DNA from: Planctomycetia bacterium
Lineage (GTDB): Bacteria > Planctomycetota > Planctomycetia > Pirellulales > UBA1268
Assembly (NCBI GenBank): GCA_046074725.1
Contig: JBJTOU010000038.1
Span: 1 to 63,841, forward strand
Direction of reading: 5' to 3'
Length of the DNA: 63,841 nt
Shown: positions 29,901-38,568 of the stretch, piece by piece
How positions within the stretch are numbered: the stretch's first letter is position 1
Layout of the letters: each line of letters begins with the position of its first letter
Notes under the pieces: model-generated
Told to the model about the DNA's origin: nothing
The model's database searches: none
What the model saw: the letters and a program-made list of their open reading frames with translations, nothing else
Program-made: the position numbers and the translations under genes

Positions 29901-32900
29901 TGATGACCATCCCGCCGAGTGTTCCCCACCATGCCCCACGGAAGATGGCATCGAAGGGGTGGACCATCCACAGGGCCCCCACCGCGCCGACGATGCAGAG
30001 GCATGGAACGAGCCAACTCACGGCCGAGCCGGCCAGGCATGTGACGGCCAGCGCGACGGCCGCGGCCAGGATCGCCGTCGATCGGACGAGCCGGCCATCG
30101 ACGAGCATCAGGGTGCCGGCATCGCGTCTGCCACCGACGGGCACGAGCCGATAGCCACGGGTGCCGTCGCTGAGGGCCGCGGTTCCTGTGGATCTCCTTC
30201 CGTGGTCGGAAGACGTTCCCGACATCGAGGAGGCTGCCGCGGGCCTCCCCCTCGTGCCCCTCCTGGATGCGTGAAAAAGCCGGTGGGGCCAGTCCTGAAG
30301 CCACTGCGATTGGTCCGACACGACGCGATGGGCCGGCGATCCCCAGGCGATCTCGACATCCGGCGCGAGCAGAACCCGCACGTCCCGCTCGAGCACAGGC
30401 ACGTCGAGCGTGCCACCCTGTGTGCCGACCTCCCACCATCCGCTGCCGGCGGGCCGCCGGACAACCGCACGGACGACGAGTTCGATCGATCTGCGACCGG
30501 GGGGCAGCTCAATGGCGACGTCGCCCCCGCCGGTGCCGCGGGCGGCCCATGGCACGAGGGTGCCATCGACGAGGGCCCCCTGCAGCGTGAATCCCTTCGG
30601 CACGGTGAAGGCCACTGCGGCGCGGCCATGGTTCTCGATGTCGAACCGTGTTTCGTATTCCGTCGCGCCGGAAGCCTGAGACCATATGCTCGTCTCCTCG
30701 CGCCACGCCCAGGCGCGGGCATCCTCTCCGGCAGCCCCGCCCCCCGGGACGACCTCCGCGGGCGGTTCCATGTCGGTGGCATCCTTCCGCCGCGCATCGA
30801 ACGAGAACTCGGCCACGGTCGCGAACGCCTGATCGGTCGCCTCGTCTCGCGGGGGCAGTTCGACCAGCCGATGGTTGATCACGCGGGGTCGGAAACGGCC
30901 CGACTCGCGAATCGTCACGGTGCCATGCTGCCGCGTCGCCCCTTCGACCCAGGCCAACGGCACCGGCATCGGCCCGGTGAAGGCCACCGTGCAGGCGGCG
31001 CGGATCGTCACCGGCTGCTTCGCGGCCGGCGAAAGCTCGACGATCCACGTGTCGGCGATCGGCTCGCCGGTCGGGGGACCGCGACGCTCCGGCGGCTCGA
31101 TCCGACGCGGCACGAGCGTGCCCTGGGCCGGCGGTAGCAGCGTCCACTCGAGCCGGTCGTCCATGACGTTTGAAAAGTGGACGACGATTGAGTCGATCTC
31201 GGTGCGATCCGGCGAGCAGTCGAACGTGAACGACTCGACGAGCCGGCCATCGCGCGACGTGAGCCGGACCTGCGCGGAGGCGTCGAGCGGAGGGCGGCGT
31301 CGCGCCAGCCGAAGCAGTTGATCGGCGCCCCGTGATCCGGCCGGAACCCGCACGCGGATCGCGCTGTCATCGACGAGGGAGGCGAGCCTCGGATCATCGA
31401 CCACGACCGGCTGCAGATCGGTCGAGGTGTCGATCGTCATTTCGGCGCCGGTCTTCACCGCCAGCACCGCGTCCCTGGCTTCGCCGTCGAACCGAACCAT
31501 ATCGATCTCGGCCGCCGTGAAGGGTGTCCCAGACGCCACGCCACCACGATGGCCGGTGACTCGAAGCAGGATCGGCCTGGCTGGCGTGATCGCCGACGCG
31601 AAGGCGATTCGCAGCCTTTTCTCCCCGTCGCCGGGGACGACCCGCCACTCGGGCGTTTCCGTCACCGCATCGATCACACCCGCGACCAACGGCGGGCGGA
31701 CGGGAGCGTCGAGCACCTCGACCGCGTCGATGAACCAGCCAGGCGTCAGGCTCCCCTGCAGTTCGAACGCCTCCCCCTGCTGCACGCGGATGTCACAGGT
31801 CGCCCGCGCGAGCACCGCATCAGGGGAAACCTCGGCGACGGTAACTCGATGCACGCTCATGTCGGCCGTCCTCGGACGGACGGCGATCCGCACGATCGGT
31901 TGCGGCCCCTGTTGTTCGAGGAAGATCCGTGCGGGCTCCACGCTCGCCGCCGTGGACTTTTCACGTGGCGGCACCGGCCAGTCGGACGCAGCGTCCGAGG
32001 TCACGAGGGCGGCCTGCTCGACACGAATGTCTGCGACGACCTGCGCCGGATCGACGTTCACGACGACCCCTCCTCCGGCCCACGATCGATCCGCCACCCG
32101 AAACATCGGGAGCGTTCCACCCGATTCGTCCGCGAAGGGCGCCACGGCCTCGACGACCAATGCCTGCTCGAGGCCGATGCATCCCACCGGAACCCGCACT
32201 CGGACCGCACCGCCGTCGTCGGTGACCGTCCACGCGGGTTCCGCCGGGGCGGCGGTGGCCGGTTCGTGCAGTCGCACGGCGGTCACCACCATGTCGGGAT
32301 CCTTCAGCAGCGTACACTCCGCCCCCTCGTCGGCTCCGGCCGACGGGCTCCAGGGCATATCCGGCTGGACGACCATCTTCACGGCAGCCTGCCGGCCCAC
32401 GATCGCGATGCTCGTCCACGACGTGAGCCGGGGGGCGACGCGGCCTGCGGCGGCAGGCACGAGATCGATACGGATCGACGGACGCGGACCGACATCGATT
32501 CGCCACGTCTGGCTGCGAGCGAACGCCTGCTCGTTGCGAGCGAACGCCTCCTCGTTGCGAGCGAACGCCTCCTCGTTGCGATCACGCTGCTTGACGACGG
32601 CACCCGCGACGACGGGCCGCATGCCGGGTGGCAGCCTCAGGTCGATCACCGATGCCAGTGACGGCACGAGCGGCATGTCGATCGTCTGATGCTTGTCGGC
32701 GGGCTGATCCACGCTGCACCGCCACTGGCAGACATACCTCCCCGGCCCCGGCGCGGCGATCGCGAGGCTTCCATCGGCGTGGCCATGGACCAACGCATCA
32801 CCGGTGCCGGCGGCCGTCTCCATGCGGGCTCTCCGCACCGCCAGACCGCCAAGCGGCAGCGTCGCCGTCGCCGCATTGATCGTCAACGTCGCGGTGCCCT

Positions 32901-33201
32901 CGAGCGTCGAGGAGCCGGCCACGAAAGCAGCCTCGTAGCGGACCACATCGAGCAGCGGGGCCGTTTTGGGGAACGGCGTGTCGGCATCCGCATCGCTTCG
33001 GCCCTGAAGCACCCCGATGGCCTCCTCGAACTCCCGCACCGACATCGGCACGTATCGGTCGGCGCCGACATCGACCTGGCCGATGGCATCGCGTGGCACG
33101 TGTACCCTGATGAACCGCATCGGGTCGTCGTCGCCGGCCCTCGCCACGATCGACATGGCGGCGGCGAAGCATGTCACGAGCCGATGGCATCTCCTCCTCA
33201 T
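26989..33201 (-). CDS. Giant hypothetical envelope protein (2070 aa) with two repeated modules, each ending in a TM bundle
   Basis: Long uninterrupted ORF; N-terminal signal-like segment; hydrophobic clusters near aa 1040-1130 and 1960-2035; 4-nt overlap with the upstream gene. Confidence 0.85.
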   Translation of the reverse strand: MRRRCHRLVTCFAAAMSIVARAGDDDPMRFIRVHVPRDAIGQVDVGADRYVPMSVREFEEAIGVLQGRSDADADTPFPKTAPLLDVVRYEAAFVAGSSTLEGTATLTINAATATLPLGGLAVRRARMETAAGTGDALVHGHADGSLAIAAPGPGRYVCQWRCSVDQPADKHQTIDMPLVPSLASVIDLRLPPGMRPVVAGAVVKQRDRNEEAFARNEEAFARNEQAFARSQTWRIDVGPRPSIRIDLVPAAAGRVAPRLTSWTSIAIVGRQAAVKMVVQPDMPWSPSAGADEGAECTLLKDPDMVVTAVRLHEPATAAPAEPAWTVTDDGGAVRVRVPVGCIGLEQALVVEAVAPFADESGGTLPMFRVADRSWAGGGVVVNVDPAQVVADIRVEQAALVTSDAASDWPVPPREKSTAASVEPARIFLEQQGPQPIVRIAVRPRTADMSVHRVTVAEVSPDAVLARATCDIRVQQGEAFELQGSLTPGWFIDAVEVLDAPVRPPLVAGVIDAVTETPEWRVVPGDGEKRLRIAFASAITPARPILLRVTGHRGGVASGTPFTAAEIDMVRFDGEARDAVLAVKTGAEMTIDTSTDLQPVVVDDPRLASLVDDSAIRVRVPAGSRGADQLLRLARRRPPLDASAQVRLTSRDGRLVESFTFDCSPDRTEIDSIVVHFSNVMDDRLEWTLLPPAQGTLVPRRIEPPERRGPPTGEPIADTWIVELSPAAKQPVTIRAACTVAFTGPMPVPLAWVEGATRQHGTVTIRESGRFRPRVINHRLVELPPRDEATDQAFATVAEFSFDARRKDATDMEPPAEVVPGGGAAGEDARAWAWREETSIWSQASGATEYETRFDIENHGRAAVAFTVPKGFTLQGALVDGTLVPWAARGTGGGDVAIELPPGRRSIELVVRAVVRRPAGSGWWEVGTQGGTLDVPVLERDVRVLLAPDVEIAWGSPAHRVVSDQSQWLQDWPHRLFHASRRGTRGRPAAASSMSGTSSDHGRRSTGTAALSDGTRGYRLVPVGGRRDAGTLMLVDGRLVRSTAILAAAVALAVTCLAGSAVSWLVPCLCIVGAVGALWMVHPFDAIFRGAWWGTLGGMVITSGLLGSFHRITTAACIAAMLLLSYTAKAAGDSTPDLLRVFITPSDDPGDGRETALVPEPLFRRLARAAARPADARVLSCRVTTSPSPSSMATDPWTMTVDVDADAGTILVLDQRETGARMLDAHVDGQQVTLRGADPVARIPIGSTGRHRVECRVAPAVVRRGQVDVATLAVPVAPRASLTVADPMGAMAACDMALVGGPFLPAASASEQSPSPGHFDTSRAAVVRVVRPIDSRLRLAAGLRAASSRNDLFWDLDACRATARFDIDLPNEIVRSLTVRVDPARGGDGGETIWHCEPADDADVDVLALGHGRYFVERHAPEAGSFSIRLQCRRPLPAPVGVFPVPGIWIEGVIADSRLTQLVPAADLVVDVRLPDNATAAPREAESSLHSVAWRTETVPPIDARDGNSLEPLRRTAGGGVITVRRRPVDLRATQRLVVDFTADQIGMDLQARIDGSTTPLAAFTIDVPESSIIDRIELFEDRRLGIETGAARRVDTCWSRIETGQVRVVTQQPRTGRFRLEASARVPSQGSARGTVAVMQVAVPGIVPMVVDWMSRDGRGIAVVGSLSDSEREGLARPVVGERLSGGTLELAAGDVALRYERGEIPENAPAVADAPSPEKETAATPGVVDDAAGERVELADVSLTLDQRGRCWGSVRFDLIATSSPLRIALPTGMRLFEVLVDGRQSAMLPRDDGTWEIPLVATAWPRSVLAVFAGDVGPGVGDDRPVEVDAPWLVGMPCRRVLWTIVSPDGGALRVADPARVLGADDMAAVRRAAFEGLADGFARALETADAEDRQRLEEFMVMRRKGMPLTVERAWIPGREADLGGATFLALVEMSSDGSAKPSLTVRVGRRVDPTATRRAVATLVVVFLVGLAWSGSRRWPDWWRQGRFRAIPAAAVVAGVAWLYLLEPAWPGVAMLVAGAAWSVVRVMERRARHDADESTITQFSPPADIVMRDMPSTRRIDVLPQ
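32514..32581. repeat. 21-bp tandem repeat, about 3.2 copies, in frame (encodes RNEEAFA/RNEQAFA)
   Basis: TGCGAGCGAACGCCT(G/C)CTCGT three times plus TGCGA, with one mismatch. Confidence 0.95.
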
Positions 33202-36200
33202 GATGCCGGCCTTCCAGCGGTGGTCACGCTCTCGCCCGTTCGCATCGCCGAGGGTGAAACGATGATCGACGGGGGCGGCGCGGTGCGGTTCGGGACGCTG
33301 CGTTCATGGATGCTCCAGGCCGGAAGCGTCCGCCTCGGCGCGACGACGCCCCTCATCACCGCGGCGAGCACTGACAGGCCGACGCCCGGAAGCGCCGCCT
33401 GCAGGGCCAGGGGCGCCATGTCCGGCACGACCGCGGCCAACGCCGTCAGCAGCGTCGCCAGCGCGACCACCAGCGGCGCGGCGAGGGAAGGCGGCATGAA
33501 GACGGCCACCAGCCCGAGGGCCAGAACCGGCCCCGACACCACGAACACGACGAGCCACGTCGGCGCGACCCATACCGCCGCCGTGGCGGGAGATCCGACG
33601 CTCGAATAGACAGATCGTCGCCCGACGAAGCCGGGCGCCATGGCGTCGTCCATTCCATCGTCCGACATGCCGGCGCAATGACGCACCCATGCAGCCAGTG
33701 CGTCACGGGAGACGACTGGCTGCCGTTCCATCCCGAACGCGGACCAGCCCCACCGCTGCTGCGCGGTCCAGCCGGACGCCGGCACGATGACATGCTCGTC
33801 GGAGGGGAGTTGAATTTCCCAGTAGAACCGGCGCTGCTGGGTGCCCTGCGGAAACGTCGGCGGCTCGAGCACGAGTCGCCGGAGCCCCGACGACCCGTCG
33901 GAATCGGCGAACCGCGGGCGGCTGATGCGAAACTCGACGAGCGATGCGGCGCGGGCGTCTCCCGGCGGCAGGTTGACGACGACGTTGCCATCCGGTCGCA
34001 CCGGCTCATCGACCCGCCGACCGTCGAGCCACACTTCGACAGCCGTCCCAGGACCGGCGTCGGCTCCTGTCTGCCCATCGATCGGGAGCGTGATGGCCAG
34101 ACGATCGGCCGCGGTGCTGATGGCGTAGGTCCAGATATCATGCCGACGATCGCCCGACAGCCTTGTTTGCAGCCATGTCGCCTCCACGATCGTTTCACCC
34201 ACGACTTCCTGCCGGCGGGCCGCCAGCACGAGCGGAACGAGATTCTGGTGACCGGTCGCGATCCAGGACCGCGCGGCACCCGCTGCGGGCGCGGCGGCGT
34301 CCCTCTTCCACGTCTCACCGCGGAGATCAACGGAAACGGCATCGACGACGTTGACCTGCAGCGACTGGCGACCCACCTTCGCCTCGACGGGCATGACGAG
34401 CGGCAGATCCTCGGCGACGGTCGTCTCGGCCGGCACCGATGGGGTCGGCCACCGGTAGGCGACCGACACTTCCCCGGCACCGAGCAACGGCACCGGGAGC
34501 ATCGCCCGCACCCGTGCCCACCGGATCGGCAGGAGTTCCACTGAGTCGGAGGAGCCTGGCTCGGCGCCATCGCCTCCGATTCCGGGGCGTCGTACCGCAG
34601 GAACGATCTCTTCGACATCGAGCCCGTCTTCGACGATCGGCTCGATGGCCGGATTGAGCAACTGCCTCCCCTGTCTGATTTCAAGAGTATCGCCACTGGC
34701 GATCGTTTCTGGCACGAGCAGCTCCACGGACTCCAGCGGCACGTGCGCCACGACGAATCGAATCGTTTCGGCAACGGATGTCCGCGACTGGTCGATGTCG
34801 ATCTGGGCACGGATGGAGGCGTCGATCCGCCGCTCGAGGAATCGCCGCTGGGCCGCGAATGCCCCGTCCGCGGAATCGAGCCGGTAGGTGAGTGCGAACC
34901 GATCGACGTCGGACCGTAGCGGGATGGATGCCACCTGTCGCACGAGGCCCCGGAGTCCGTCGGCGTCGGGTACCAGTTCGATGTCGCTGTCACTGGAGAC
35001 GAGCACGGCGGCAGGGCCGACGAGGCTCGCTTCCGGCGCGGGGAACGTCCAGTTCACCCGGTCGGAACCACGGTCGATCGACCGACTGCACCGGATATCG
35101 ATCACCGCGTCCGCGGCGAGCGGGTGCTGAAAGGGAATCACGATGCGGCCGCTGTCGGACGTGACGGCCGTGGCATCGACCAGCCCGATCGGGCCCACGT
35201 CATCGACCTCCCAGCCATCGAGGCCGATGACGAGTCGCGACACGGGAGACCCGCGGACACCGACTCTGAGCCGGGCGTCGAGTGAGATCCGAGTCGCCCC
35301 GACGTCGTAGCGATACTCCGGCTCGATGACGACCCGGCTCCCGCGGGCCCGAACCCGCAACGGCAACGCCGCAGGCTGGGCGTCGTAGGCGAATGCCGCC
35401 ACGAACCCGGGCCGACGGGCGGCCAACGGCGGATCAATTCGTCGATTCGCGCCGAGATCGGCCCATTCCACCTGCCACTCGCCATCGATGACGATGCTCA
35501 TCCTGCCACGCTGCCGCCACTGCGGGATGTCGGACACGGCGAAGCCGAGGGGATCGAACGTCGTCCGACCCGATGCGTCGACCGCCTGCTCGCATTCGAT
35601 GTCCACGACTGCCCGGCCATTCGGGTCGCGATCGATCAGCACGATCGCGAGCGGCGCCTCGGCCGTGCCCGCACGCCGCACGAGCATGGATGGATCACGG
35701 ATACGGCCGAGCGTCGCACGGGCCGGGAGGGCGATCGTGACGGTATCCACGGAGGCTGGCAGGTTGTCGAACCGCAGCGTGGCGTCGATATGGGCTGTCG
35801 TGCCGTCGATCCTCACGATGCTTTCCACCATCGTTTCCGGAACCGCGTCGGCCGGGACGGCCTCAGCTCCGCGGTCGCCGATCCGCACCTCCACGGAGCC
35901 GGCCACTCCCACGACCGTGACGACGCTCCCGCTCCCCGATGCGTTCTCGTCGCGCATCGGTTCGACGAGCGGCGGCGTCGAGGACGGACGCACGGTCACG
36001 ATCGGATCGGTTCGGAAGGAACGCACGTCGATTCGCGACGCGGTCGCAGCGGGCACGACGAGCGTGAGCGTGTCGGATACCGACGATGACTCCACCGGAA
36101 TGCCCGCCTGCAGCGTCACCACGTGCCGCACGTCGCCCCCCTCGACGGCCGCGTTGAACCAGAGCCGCACGGTGCCGCGATCGCGGCCGACGGAATCGGA

Positions 36201-36659
36201 CGCAAAGATCATCTCACCCGGGCCGTCGTGAACCGGTGCCGAGGCGATCAGCAATCCCTGCAGATCGAGCGGCACGCTCACCCATCCCGACCTGACCTGA
36301 CGCACCGTGATCCGCACGTCGGCCTCACAAAACCGTTCCGATGCCACCGCGGCCCCCTTCGTCGCGGGAATCGTGGCGGTGATCGCGACCGCTTCAAGCA
36401 CGGCCGCGGGGGGCTCGGGCTGGGCCGGAACACCCTCCCGCAGTTTGAGCAGTTCGATGAAGTCGCGATAGCGAAACCCCGGAACGGGGACCAGCCGTCC
36501 GGCGTCGTCATGGAGGTAATAGAGTTCCGGCCCCGCTTCGGTCACGCCGGGCGTTCGTGGGTCGGGAGCCGTCTGGGCACCGGCCAATCCCGCAACGAGA
36601 GTCCACACGGCAGCCGCCCGCAAAAGACGGTTAAGAAGGCCGTGAATCAACACTGTCAT
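33198..36659 (-). CDS. Large hypothetical envelope protein (1153 aa) with a signal peptide and C-terminal TM bundle
   Basis: Signal peptide ending AGLAGA-Q; beta-rich body; about three C-terminal TM helices. Confidence 0.85.
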   Translation of the reverse strand: MTVLIHGLLNRLLRAAAVWTLVAGLAGAQTAPDPRTPGVTEAGPELYYLHDDAGRLVPVPGFRYRDFIELLKLREGVPAQPEPPAAVLEAVAITATIPATKGAAVASERFCEADVRITVRQVRSGWVSVPLDLQGLLIASAPVHDGPGEMIFASDSVGRDRGTVRLWFNAAVEGGDVRHVVTLQAGIPVESSSVSDTLTLVVPAATASRIDVRSFRTDPIVTVRPSSTPPLVEPMRDENASGSGSVVTVVGVAGSVEVRIGDRGAEAVPADAVPETMVESIVRIDGTTAHIDATLRFDNLPASVDTVTIALPARATLGRIRDPSMLVRRAGTAEAPLAIVLIDRDPNGRAVVDIECEQAVDASGRTTFDPLGFAVSDIPQWRQRGRMSIVIDGEWQVEWADLGANRRIDPPLAARRPGFVAAFAYDAQPAALPLRVRARGSRVVIEPEYRYDVGATRISLDARLRVGVRGSPVSRLVIGLDGWEVDDVGPIGLVDATAVTSDSGRIVIPFQHPLAADAVIDIRCSRSIDRGSDRVNWTFPAPEASLVGPAAVLVSSDSDIELVPDADGLRGLVRQVASIPLRSDVDRFALTYRLDSADGAFAAQRRFLERRIDASIRAQIDIDQSRTSVAETIRFVVAHVPLESVELLVPETIASGDTLEIRQGRQLLNPAIEPIVEDGLDVEEIVPAVRRPGIGGDGAEPGSSDSVELLPIRWARVRAMLPVPLLGAGEVSVAYRWPTPSVPAETTVAEDLPLVMPVEAKVGRQSLQVNVVDAVSVDLRGETWKRDAAAPAAGAARSWIATGHQNLVPLVLAARRQEVVGETIVEATWLQTRLSGDRRHDIWTYAISTAADRLAITLPIDGQTGADAGPGTAVEVWLDGRRVDEPVRPDGNVVVNLPPGDARAASLVEFRISRPRFADSDGSSGLRRLVLEPPTFPQGTQQRRFYWEIQLPSDEHVIVPASGWTAQQRWGWSAFGMERQPVVSRDALAAWVRHCAGMSDDGMDDAMAPGFVGRRSVYSSVGSPATAAVWVAPTWLVVFVVSGPVLALGLVAVFMPPSLAAPLVVALATLLTALAAVVPDMAPLALQAALPGVGLSVLAAVMRGVVAPRRTLPAWSIHERSVPNRTAPPPSIIVSPSAMRTGESVTTAGRPAS

Positions 36660-36779
36660 TCAATGGCGGCACATGGCCGACCTTGCCGGTTACAAAAGAG
36701 AGGAGGCCTCGAGGCCAGACTGCCAGAAGCCTAGCACGCCCCCCGAAGCCCGGCGATTTCTCACACCGTCACAACCGTT

Positions 36780-37637
36780 TTAACCGGCGTGCACGGCTCC
36801 AGGCCCGAGCAGCCCCCGCAGAACGGACAGCAGGCCTGTGTGGCCGGCCACGATGAAGGCCGGATGATCGAGCCGGGTGGCAGACGCTTCGGATTCCCCT
36901 TCGAAGGGCCCGATCGCTGCACCCGCTTCACGGGCGATGAGCAGCCCTGCGGCCACATCCCAACACGCGATCCGTCGCACCCAGAATGCGTCGAGCCGGC
37001 CACAGGCCACGTAGGCCAGATTGATCGCCGTCGAACCGGTGCGTCGAACCGAATGAACACGTGGGACGACGGCCAGAAAATCGGCGACTGATTGCGCGTC
37101 GGACGTGACATGCGGCGGAAAACTCACCGCCACCAGTGCGGCGGCAGGATCGGCCTCGGGGCGGGCACTGATCGGCGATCCGTTGCACCGCGCTCCGCCT
37201 CCCCGACGGGCGGTGAAGCACTCATCGAGCATCGGATCGTAGATCGCGCCGACGAGCAGCTCATCGCCCTGTGCCAGCGCCACCGACACGCAGTACGCAG
37301 GAAACCCGTGCACGTAGTTGCTGGTGCCATCGAGTGGATCGACGATCCATCGGGGACGGGTGCCATCCACGGTCGGCAGGTGGCCGTCGATCGTTTCTTC
37401 GCCGACGAAGCCATGGTCGGGGAAGGCTCCAAGCACGATCCGCCTGATCTCCTCCTGCGAGGCGAGATCAGCCTCGGTGACCAGGTCTCGCGGCCCCTTC
37501 ACCGACGCCGTGAATCGTCCCCGCCAGTCGGTGAGCACGCGTCCACCCGCCCGTGCCGCCGCCTCGCAGACGGCGAGCGGATCGATGGCGGCGGCCCCGA
37601 GTGGCGGGTTCACCAGGTCTGCATCGGACGATGGCAT
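36780..37637 (-). CDS. suhB: Inositol monophosphatase family protein
   Basis: DLVTEAD, GEE, WIVDPLDGTSNY, GSTAINLAYVACG and WDVAAG; only the C-terminal part of the 901-aa ORF is credible. Confidence 0.92.
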   Translation of the reverse strand: MPSSDADLVNPPLGAAAIDPLAVCEAAARAGGRVLTDWRGRFTASVKGPRDLVTEADLASQEEIRRIVLGAFPDHGFVGEETIDGHLPTVDGTRPRWIVDPLDGTSNYVHGFPAYCVSVALAQGDELLVGAIYDPMLDECFTARRGGGARCNGSPISARPEADPAAALVAVSFPPHVTSDAQSVADFLAVVPRVHSVRRTGSTAINLAYVACGRLDAFWVRRIACWDVAAGLLIAREAGAAIGPFEGESEASATRLDHPAFIVAGHTGLLSVLRGLLGPGAVHAG

Positions 37638-37718
37638 ACGGGACTCCACGGGCTCGAGCGACGGTCTTCCCTTCCACGATAGACTGGGTGTGTCACGTTT
37701 GGCGACTGGAACCGTCTC

Positions 37719-38411
37719 ATGCATGCACCGACTGCTCCCTCCTCCCGCGTCATGTCTCTCGACGCGGGTCCGATCGCCGACCTTTCCTACGGCCTGTCGG
37801 CCCACGTCGATCCCGACGAACCGCAGACGGGGATCGTCTGCGGTAACGATCGGCTTCTTGGGCTTGATCTTCGATCGCCCTGTCAGGCGAGCGACCTGTG
37901 GGTCCGCGGCGGCGACATCGTGGCGTCGTATGAGCCGAACGATCCCCGTCTTTTGAGGGCGACCGCACTGTGGCGCCGGCGCCGCTGCGATGGTGTTGCC
38001 GCTTGGGAAGTGATCGCCTCGGCGACAACCGGTCGCGAACACAGCGATGTCAGCCTCTCGGTGACCAGCGACGTTGAGGCGGCCACGATCCTGTGGGGAA
38101 TCGGGGACGGCGCGCGACTGCAGTGGCACCCTGCGGCCCCGGCGACCAGCCCGGCCTGTCTCCTTCTGCGGCGGGAGGGGGCCGGAAGCGTGCTCGTGGC
38201 CGGCCATGCCGGCGACGCCCGCCGGATGTTTGTCCGGCCATACGACGGGAGGGCCCGGGTCGAATGCTGGCTCTTTTCGACTGCTGCCGAAAAAGGCGTT
38301 CTTTTCCGAGGCCGCGTGATGGCGGCGGTCGGCCCTGCGGCGGGTGATACGCTCTGGGCTGAACGAGCGTGGAGCGATTTTGACGCGTCGCCGCCCGTGC
38401 TGACCACATGA
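37719..38411 (+). CDS. Hypothetical protein (beta-rich, possibly a mutarotase-like fold)
   Basis: Fills the gap between suhB and the YhaO-like gene; WVRGGDIVASY and C-terminal EKGVLFRGRV...SPPVLTT. Confidence 0.65.
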   Translation: MHAPTAPSSRVMSLDAGPIADLSYGLSAHVDPDEPQTGIVCGNDRLLGLDLRSPCQASDLWVRGGDIVASYEPNDPRLLRATALWRRRRCDGVAAWEVIASATTGREHSDVSLSVTSDVEAATILWGIGDGARLQWHPAAPATSPACLLLRREGAGSVLVAGHAGDARRMFVRPYDGRARVECWLFSTAAEKGVLFRGRVMAAVGPAAGDTLWAERAWSDFDASPPVLTT

Positions 38412-38568
38412 CGAGAGCGCCCTCAAAATTGACGTGGCGGAAAACGGCCAAGCGTCGCTACAGTGCCCCCATCTTTCCTGGATTCGCCGCCATGGATCGG
38501 CGCTGAACCGCCTCGACAGGGCCTCGCCCCATTCGTGGGCGACTGCGTCGCAGCACAGGAGCACACCC

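Noticed and set aside
32514..32581. The tandem repeat as a possible CRISPR array
   Set aside because: There are no spacers and no cas genes, and it lies in frame inside a CDS.
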